The position numbers and the translations under genes are program-made. Positions 55,321 to 64,000 of a stretch of DNA of 64,000 nucleotides are shown one piece after another. The notes under the pieces are model-generated. The model made no database searches and was not told where the DNA came from. It was given only the letters and a program-made list of their open reading frames with translations. The stretch is from Octopus sinensis (taxonomy: Eukaryota), in NCBI RefSeq assembly GCF_006345805.1, contig NC_042999.1, positions 21,514,001 to 21,578,000 of the forward strand, written 5' to 3'. Each line of letters opens with the position of its first letter. Positions within the stretch are counted from its first letter, which is position 1.

Positions 55321-55322
<2 letters not shown>
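54903..55322 (-). mobile_element. 353-bp retrozyme-like unit with 67-bp terminal direct repeat
   Basis: 54903-54969 equals 55256-55322 (1 mismatch); central HHR; several hairpins; no ORF; (TA)n flanks. Confidence 0.85.
55113..55157 (-). ncRNA. Type I hammerhead ribozyme, complete
   Basis: CACACG-CTGATGA-AAGGT(AAAC)ACCTT-GAA-ACTCGGGT-A^CGTGTG: 6-bp stem I, 5-bp stem II, loopless self-complementary stem III, GUA triplet. Confidence 0.9.
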
Positions 55323-55351
<29 letters not shown>

Positions 55352-55523
55352 CATTATTAAGACCGGGCTTCTTTCAGCTTCCGTCAACCAAATCCAGTTA
55401 CAAAGATTTAATCGGCTTGAGGCCATAGTAGAGGACACTTGCCTAAGGTACCACGCAGTGGGAATGAACTCGTAACCATACGGTGGGTAAGCAAGCTACT
55501 TACCACACAGCCACTCCGACGCC

Positions 55524-55605
<82 letters not shown>

Positions 55606-55673
55606 AAGAAGAAGAAGAAGAAGAAGAAGAAGAAGAAGATGATGATGATGAAGAAGAATCCAATCTAATACAT

Positions 55674-55789
55674 GCACAGGGCCTGAAACATTTGGAAAAG
55701 ACAGAATTTGAACTCAGAACATAAAGACGGAAGAAATGCCGCTAGGCATTTTTCTGGTGAGCTAACGATTCTGCCAGCTCACCGCTTCA
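55674..55789 (-). mobile_element. SINE fragment (head plus extreme 3' end)
   Basis: GAATTTGAACTCAGAAC...GATTCTGCCAGCTCACCGC. Confidence 0.7.
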
Positions 55790-55810
55790 ATAATAATAAT
55801 AATAATAATA

Positions 55811-55908
<98 letters not shown>

Positions 55909-55916
55909 CATCATCA

Positions 55917-55947
<31 letters not shown>

Positions 55948-56385
55948 CATTATTATTATTATTATTATTATTGTTATTATTGTGTGTGTGTGTGTGTGTT
56001 TGTTCACGTTCCTCAGCTGTTGTTTTCAGATAAACAGGTAAGCTAATGCTTCGGTGCGAAACACTAAGTTTATGGCTGTTTTATCGGGAAAAATATATAA
56101 CTGGAGAAATTAGCATATTTTCCATTTGAAATAACTTGGTGGAAACATCAGTCTCTTCGTAATAAGCCAAACCAAACACAAACACACACACACACAAATA
56201 CATACTTACGTACACGCACATACACATACACATAGACGCACACACACAATTATACGCGAGCGAGGACAACGCACACATAATACACATACGTATGCACACA
56301 AACAATCACTTATAAATATTTACATTTATTATATAAATACACACAAACACACACATGCACAGAGTATGATATATGAACATACAAA

Positions 56386-56773
56386 TTCTCTTTTACTTGT
56401 TTCAGTCATTTGACTGCGGCTATGCTGGAGCACCGCCTTTAATCGAGCAACTGGACACTGAGACTTATTCTTTTGTAAGTCCAGTACTTATCATATCGGT
56501 CTCTTTTGCCGAACCGCTAAGTAACGGGGACATAAACACACCAGCATCGGCTGTTAAGCAATGCTAGGGGGACAAAACACAGACACGCATACATATACAT
56601 AGATATATACGACGGGCTTCTTTCAGTTTCCGTCTACCAAATCCACTCACAAGGCTTTGGTCGGCCCGAGGCTATAGTAGAAGACCCTTGCCCGAGGTGC
56701 CACGCAGTGGGACTGAACCCGGAACCATGTAGTTTGTAAACAAGCTACTTACCACACAGCCACGCCTGCGCCT
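56386..56773 (-). mobile_element. SINE family X, full length
   Basis: Well-preserved head, B box GGTTCAGTCCC and tail. Confidence 0.95.
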
Positions 56774-56910
56774 GTAATTCATTTGTAAATTCTGCATAAC
56801 TGTATGTATGTGCGTTACTACACACACACACACAGAAAAATGGGAAGAACCAAAAACAAGCACACTTATTTTGCATTCACATATACACACCGATATTCAT
56901 ATATATTTAT

Positions 56911-57398
56911 GGGCGCATGATTGGCTGTGTGGTAAGTAGATTCCTTACCAACCACATGGTTCCGGGTTCAGTCCCACTTTGTGGCACCTTGGGCAAGTGT
57001 CTTCTACTATAGCCTCGGGCTGTCCAAAGCCTTGTGAGTGGATTTGGTAGACGGAAACTGAAAGAAGCCCGTCGTATATATGTATATATATATATCTATA
57101 TCTATATATATATATATATATATATATGCATATATATATATACATACATATATATCTGTATGTGTGTGTATGTGTGTGCGTTTGTATGTGTGTGTATATA
57201 TTTTTGTGTCTGTGTTTGTCCCCCCCAACCGATGCTGGTGTGTTTATGTCACCGTAACTTAGTAGTTCGACAAGAGAGACCGATAGAATAAGTACTAGGC
57301 TTACAAAGAATAAGTCCTGGGGGTCGATTTGCTGGACTAAAGGCGGTGCTCCAGCATGGCCGCAGTCAAATGCCCGATACAAGTAAAAGAATAAAGAG
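56911..57398 (+). mobile_element. SINE family X, full length
   Basis: GGCGCATGATTGGCTGTGTGGT head, GGTTCAGTCCC B box, central microsatellite, GTAAAAGAATAAAG tail. Confidence 0.95.
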
Positions 57399-57449
57399 TA
57401 TATATGCGTATGCACAGGATACATACTATACATACACAGATACCTATAT

Positions 57450-57515
<66 letters not shown>

Positions 57516-57659
57516 TCGTAAATGTGTAGATATTTAGATATTCACTCATACGAACACACGGATACTAGGCGATCGGATAAAAAGTAAATTTCATTCTGTT
57601 GGTTGCAGCCTAGCCTATGTACACCAATATATTATATAATATATATATATATATATGTA

Positions 57660-57702
<43 letters not shown>

Positions 57703-57875
57703 ATATTATATATATATATATATATATACATCATATACATTATGTGTATATTTAAACAAACATTATATAGACGTCCTACACTGCAAAATTTCTGCTTCTA
57801 TAACTTCATATTTGGTAATAAGGTTAATTTTACTTTCAATACAGCTGTCGCCTGGCTAGTAAAAAACTGAAAGAC

Positions 57876-58140
57876 AATGATGACGATTATGATGATGGTG
57901 ATGATGACGATGATGATGATGGTGGTGGTGGTGATGATGATGATGATGATGATGATGGTGGTTATGATAGTGCTGGTGGTGATGATGATAATAATGATGA
58001 TTAAGTGGGAGGTGAGGTGGTGCAGGTGAGGTGGTGGAGGTGATGTGGTGGTGGTGGTGGAGGTGACGGTCTAGGTGGTGGTGGTAGTGGAGGAAATGAA
58101 AGAGGAGAGAAGTGATGACGACCACGATATTGATGACGTC
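57876..58140. repeat. (GAT)n/(GGT)n trinucleotide tract
   Basis: Direct reading; source of the poly-His ORF. Confidence 0.9.
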
Positions 58141-58301
58141 GATCTTTTGGTCGTTGTTTTGACGATGGTTAGATGTGCCTGTGGCGATAATATAATAACA
58201 AGAACAACAACAACAAAAACAATAATAATAATAATAATAATAATAATGATAATAATAATAATATAATAATAATAATAATGATAATAATAATAATAATGAT
58301 A

Positions 58302-58336
<35 letters not shown>

Positions 58337-58583
58337 AATAATGATAATAAAATAATAATGATAATAATAATAATAATGATAATAATAATAATATAATAAT
58401 AATGATACTAATATAATAATAATAATAATAATGATATAATAATAATAATAACATAATAATAATGATAATAATAATAATAATAATAATGATAATATAATAA
58501 TAATGACAATAATAATAATAATAATGATAATAATAATAATAATGATAATAATAATAATAATAGTAATGATGATAATAATAATT

Positions 58584-58623
<40 letters not shown>

Positions 58624-58646
58624 TAATAATAATAATAATAATGATA

Positions 58647-59122
58647 GTCTTGGTATAAAAGATGGGCTACAGCAAATATTCTGCTCAATACCACAGATTT
58701 GCTCGTCAGTTGTTTGACCTTAACCAGTTGAGCATGTCCCTTAGTGGCTGACGATATGTGCATCTCTGATCACGAGCAGAAGTAGTGGGGGAGCATCATA
58801 GCCATGTGTTGAGAGGAATTTTTTGGGGTTTGGATAATTCACCTTTGGAAACATGGGTGTTTCGTTCAACATCCTTAAACAACCCATATTCAGGGACCTT
58901 TTGAGCGGGATGGGTTACTCGATATGAAGAAAATTCTAACTGGGCTCCACCTGCAAGGTCATGGGCTGTTTATCTTGATATGAGATCACCATGTCGCGCA
59001 CATATGGTTGTGATGCATGTGCCTGGTGTACCCTTATCAGACGGGTAGTCATGATGGGTTATACTGGGCTTCGTATATTTTACCCCAGTGTCACTTTGAT
59101 GGCATGCTCTGCTCGCTCACTC
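58647..59122. mobile_element. Unclassified ~476-bp non-coding element inside the (TAA)n field
   Basis: GC-richer island with sharp boundaries, (TAA)n on both sides, no convincing ORF. Confidence 0.55.
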
Positions 59123-59436
59123 AATAATAATAATAATAATAATAATAATGATAATAATAATAATAATAATAATATAATAATGATAATAATAATGATGATA
59201 ATAATAATAATGATAATACAATAATAATATAATAATGATAATAATAATAATATTAATAATAATAATAATAAATAATAATGATAATAATAATAATAATAAT
59301 AATAATGATAATAATAATAATAATAATGATAATAATATAAAATGATAATAATAATAATAATAATAATGATAATAATAATAATAATATGATAATAATAATA
59401 ATAATAATGATAATAATAATAATAATAATGATAATA

Positions 59437-59469
<33 letters not shown>

Positions 59470-60433
59470 TAATAATAATAATAATGATGATAATATAATA
59501 ATAATAATAATAATGATAATAATAATAATAATAATAATGATAATAATATAATAATAATGATAATAATAAAATAATAATGATAATAATAATAATGATAATA
59601 ATAATAATAATAATGAAAATAATAATAATAATGATAATAATAATAATAATGATATATAATAATAATAATATAATAATAATGATGAATGAAAATAATAATA
59701 ATATAAATGATGATAATAATAATAATAATGATAATAATAATAATAATAATAATGATAATAATAATAATAAAATAATAATAATAATAATAATGATAATAAT
59801 AATATGATTAATAATAATAATAATAATAATGATAATAATAATAATAATAATGATAATAATAATAATGATAATAAAATAATAATAATAATAATGATAATAA
59901 TAATAATAATAATAATAATAGTAATAATGATAATATTAATAATAATGATAATAATAATAATATAATGATAATAGTAATAATAATAATTATAATAATTATC
60001 ATCATATAATAATAATAATAATAATAATATGATAATAATAATAATAATAATAATAACGATAATAATAATAAAATAATAATAATAATAATGATAATAATAT
60101 AATAATGATAAATAATAATAATAATAATAATGATAATAATAATAATAATAATGATATAATAATAATATAATAATAATAATAATAATGATAATAATAATAA
60201 TATAATGAGATAATAATAATAATAATATAATGATAATAATAATAATAATAATGATAATAATAATAATAATAATAATGATAATAATAAAATAATAATGATA
60301 ATAATAATAATGATAATAATAATAATAATAATGAAAATATAATAATAATGATAATATAATAATAATAATGATAATAATAAAATAATAATAATAATAATAA
60401 TAAGATAATAATAATAATAATAATAATAATGAA

Positions 60434-60467
<34 letters not shown>

Positions 60468-60518
60468 TTAATAATGATAATAATAATAGTAATAATGATA
60501 ATAATAATAATAATAATG

Positions 60519-60552
<34 letters not shown>

Positions 60553-60817
60553 TAATAAATAATAGTAAAATGATAATATAATAATAATAATGATAATAAT
60601 AATAATAATAATAATAGTAATAATAATAATAAATAATAATAATAAATAATAATAATGATAATAATAGTAATAATGATAATAAATAATAATAATAATAATA
60701 ATGATAATATAATAATAATAATAATAATAAAACAATAATAATAATAATAATAATAATAATGATAATATAATAGTAATAATGATAATAATAATAATAATAA
60801 TGATAATAATAATAATA

Positions 60818-60859
<42 letters not shown>

Positions 60860-60912
60860 TAATAATAATAGTAATAATGATAATAATAATAATAATAATG
60901 ATAATAATAATA

Positions 60913-60944
<32 letters not shown>

Positions 60945-60980
60945 TAATAATATAATATATTATATTAATATGATAATAAA

Positions 60981-61500
60981 GATGTCACCATCCTCTGGGA
61001 TTTTCTAGTCAACACTGACAGAACGATCAAGGCTAATCGACCAGACATAATTGTTAAAGACAGGGAAGAAAATACCTGCAGACTAATAGAAGTAAGCGTC
61101 CCCACAGATAAAAATGTATCTGTCAAGGATTTGACAAACTTAGTAAATATAAGGACCTGGAAATCGAAATACAGAAGATGTGGAATCTTAAAACAAAACT
61201 GTTCCTGTTATTGTAGGTGCCCTAGGTATGATAAAAAAAGGGATGTCAGAAACACATAGACAATATCCCTGGAAAACCATGTCTCAAGGAAATCCAAAAG
61301 ATTGTGCTAACAAGTACTGCCCAAATCCTTAGAAAAACCCTATCAATGTAAATGTTTGTGTTTGCATTACATGGAGATATATCACTACGTCCCCTCCCCA
61401 AGCTTTCAGCTATATTTCAACAACTCTTAAACTTCACTTGCCCTAGGGCGCTGGGTGTTGCCCCGGCAGTGATTGCATCAAATATGCAGATTAAAAGTAA
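60981..61500 (+). mobile_element. R4/Dong-like RLE LINE 3' fragment A
   Basis: DVTILWDF..TDRTIKANRPDIIVKD...KYKDLEIEIQKMW...VGALGMIKKG...LRKTLSM* plus 3' UTR. Confidence 0.9.
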
Positions 61501-62124
61501 ATGACAATGATAATAATAATACTAATAATGATATAATAATAATAACAATAATAATAATAATAATGATAATAATAATAATAATAATGATATAATAATAATA
61601 ATAATAATAATGATAAAATAATAATAAAATGATGATAATAATAATAATAATAATAATGATAATAATAATAATAATGATAATAATAATAATGATAATAATG
61701 ATAATAATAATAATGATAATAATAATAATATGATAATAATAATAATAATAATGATAATAATAATAATAATAATAATGATAATAATAATAATAATAATGAT
61801 GATAATAATAAAATAATTGATAATAATAATAATAATGATAATAATAATAATGATAATGATAATAATAATAATAATGAATAATAATAATAATAATGATAAT
61901 AATAATAATAATAATAATAATGATAATAATAATAATAATAATGATAATAATAATAATAATATAATAATAATAATGATAATAATAATAATAATGATAATAA
62001 TAATAATAATAATGATATAATAATAATAATAATGATAATAATAATAATAATGATAATAATATAATATAATAATAATAATAATAATAATTATAATGAAATA
62101 ATAATAATAATAATAATGATAATA

Positions 62125-62160
<36 letters not shown>

Positions 62161-62166
62161 TAAATA

Positions 62167-62199
<33 letters not shown>

Positions 62200-62253
62200 T
62201 GATAATAATAATAATAATGATAATAATAATAATAATAATATAATAATAATAAT

Positions 62254-63583
62254 AACTGGAATATGTGTGAAGTAAAGAATATAGATAGGAAAATACGCAA
62301 GCTGCTGAGTTGTAATAGGATGCACCACTCAAAGGCAGACGTAGATCGCCTTTACCTCCCCAGAGCCCAAGGAAGTCGAGGCCTGATCCAATTTGAACTA
62401 GCTTACAAAACAACCACAATTGGACTGGCCAAATATCTCGAAATATCGAATGACTGGATGCTAAAGCTCGTGGAAAATCACGAGAAACGAAAGAAGCTTC
62501 ATTCTATCATAAAGGAAGGCAAAAAATTTGCTATTGATCTCGTGCAGGATACCCAAACTGAACAACCCGAGGGAAGTACGGCAACTATTGTTGCAAAGAA
62601 GGTGAAAATGATGGCAATTTAGAAAGCGCACGAGCAATTGGCTGATAGGTGGGAGGAGAAACCTCTGCACGGCAAATATGTGACCCGCAGCAAACAAGCT
62701 GATGTTGACCAGAAGCAAACCCATCAGTGGCTACGGAGCTCAGGGCTAAAAGCAGAGAGCGAAGGTTTCATCCTGGCTGCTCAAGATCAAAGCCTATTAA
62801 CCCGGAACTACCAGGCCAATGTAATGAAAAATGGAGCAGACCCAAAATGCCGATTCTGCAACGACATGATTGAAACAGTGGACCACCTAATCTCTGGATG
62901 TAAGTCTTAGCACCAGTGGAGTATAATTAAGACATGACAGAGTTGGCCAATATCTACACTGGCTAATAAGCCGGCATTACAATATCAAAACTGCCGACAA
63001 GTGGTATAATCACCACCCTGAGGCTGTAATGAAGGAGAAAATGTAACCATTCTGTGGGACTTTCCAGTACATACAGACCGAACCATCAAGGCCAATAAAC
63101 CAGATATTGTTGTGAAAGACCAAAACAATAAAGTTTGCTTATTGATCGGCATGAGCATCCCCTGTGATCAATATCTCAGCGAAAGAGTTTGACAGCTCAG
63201 AAAATATAAAGACCTACTCATTGAAATTGAGAAAATGTGGCATCTCAAGGCGGTTACAATACCAGTGATCGTAGGAGCACTAGGAATGATCAAGAAGGGA
63301 ACCGAAAATTATATGAGAATGATCCCTGGCTTACCATCCCTGCAAGAAGTGCAAAATATTGTCTTAACTGGTACATCACACGTATTGAGAAGAGCATTGT
63401 CGATGTGAAAACTGTTGCTGCTCATGTATTTTATTATAACTTTAAAAAAAAAGTTTTTTTAAATGAACGAACTATTGAGTTTGGTTTAATGGTCTACCAA
63501 TGTATACTATGAGTTTCTTTGCCCTAGGAGTCGGGAAGACACTCGGCAAGAAATGGAAGCAAATTTGAAAGAAGAAAAAAAAG
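62254..63583 (+). mobile_element. R4/Dong-like RLE LINE 3' fragment B
   Basis: DRLYLPRAQGSRGL, KPLHG, ILAAQDQSL, CRFCNDMIETVDHLISGC (CCHC), ILWDF..KPDIVV (RLE), stop at 63408. Confidence 0.93.
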
Positions 63584-63605
63584 TAATAATTATAATAATA
63601 ATAAT

Positions 63606-63980
63606 GTAAAAATGTGGAACCTGAAGGCTAAAACAACACCTGTTTAGATAGATGGCCTGGGAATGTTAGCTAAAGGGGCTGATTGCTACCTAGCTCAGAC
63701 ACCAGGAAACTCCAAACTGGCAGAAATTCAAAAGATAGTGCTCCTGGGAACTGCCCATATCCTACGCAAAATACTTTCTATGTAATCTCAAGTTTTAAAA
63801 CAAACACATGATTTCCTTATGGTTTCTAAAACATTCTCTCGAACAACACTATGTACAAAACCAAATATATGGCACCTTAGGCATAACACCAACAGGAACT
63901 TTCAACTTCGTTGTCTCTTGATGTCTCTGGGTAAGACTTGGAGCCAACTTGTACAAATGTAAAGCAAAAGTCAAACATAA
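63606..63980 (+). mobile_element. R4/Dong-like RLE LINE 3' fragment C
   Basis: KMWNLKAKTTPV...EIQKIVLLGTAHILRKILSM* plus 3' UTR ending in (TAA)n. Confidence 0.88.
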
Positions 63981-64000
63981 AATAATAATAATAATATTAA

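Larger units (their letters stand above)
54752..55524 (-). mobile_element. SINE family X split by an insertion (halves 54752-54893 and 55361-55524)
   Basis: The 3' half and 5' half are collinear around the central (TA)n that holds the 54903-55322 element. Confidence 0.8.
58190..62253. repeat. ~4-kb degenerate (TAA)n/(TGA) field interrupted by insertions
   Basis: Direct reading; source of the 551-aa and 313-aa low-complexity ORFs. Confidence 0.97.

Noticed and set aside
55788-55990. (AAT)n joined to (ATT)n, forming a self-complementary tract
   Set aside because: Simple microsatellite strand switch with no further structure
59080-62419. Long ORFs (551, 313, 268 aa) rich in I/Y/L
   Set aside because: Translations of the (TAA)n field; the same applies to the many YI/HT/VC/LSIY ORFs across the window

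Overview
This is AT-rich, microsatellite-saturated metazoan DNA. The tRNA-derived SINE families and repeat landscape suggest a cephalopod, probably Octopus (inference from recalled repeat families, no database run). No host protein-coding gene can be firmly called; there are only a few exon-like candidates, and nearly all ORF-track entries are microsatellite translations. Recognisable elements: about 18 SINE copies or fragments, three canonical non-autonomous Helitrons, four Tc1/mariner relics, a nearly intact CR1-clade LINE ORF2 (35878-38877), RTE 3' ends, five RLE-type (R4/Dong-like) LINE fragments (three nested in a (TAA)n field), and a 1.49-kb tandem duplication. Main discovery: a dense set of hammerhead ribozyme (HHR)-bearing, ORF-less repeats inserted at (TA)n tracts. 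(i) A ~479-bp unit forms a tandem plus fold-back array (3381-5340) with three complete type I HHRs, a fourth with a disrupted stem I, and a truncated one. (ii) A structured 353-bp unit with 67-bp terminal redundancy carries a complete HHR (54903-55322). (iii) Five solo minimal or variant HHR elements. (iv) Fold-back elements whose inversion points fall in or next to the ribozyme. (v) A Penelope GIY-YIG fragment followed by a decayed HHR. Together these look like a Penelope-like-element / retrozyme (self-cleaving, possibly circular RNA) system. Activity and novelty cannot be established from sequence alone.
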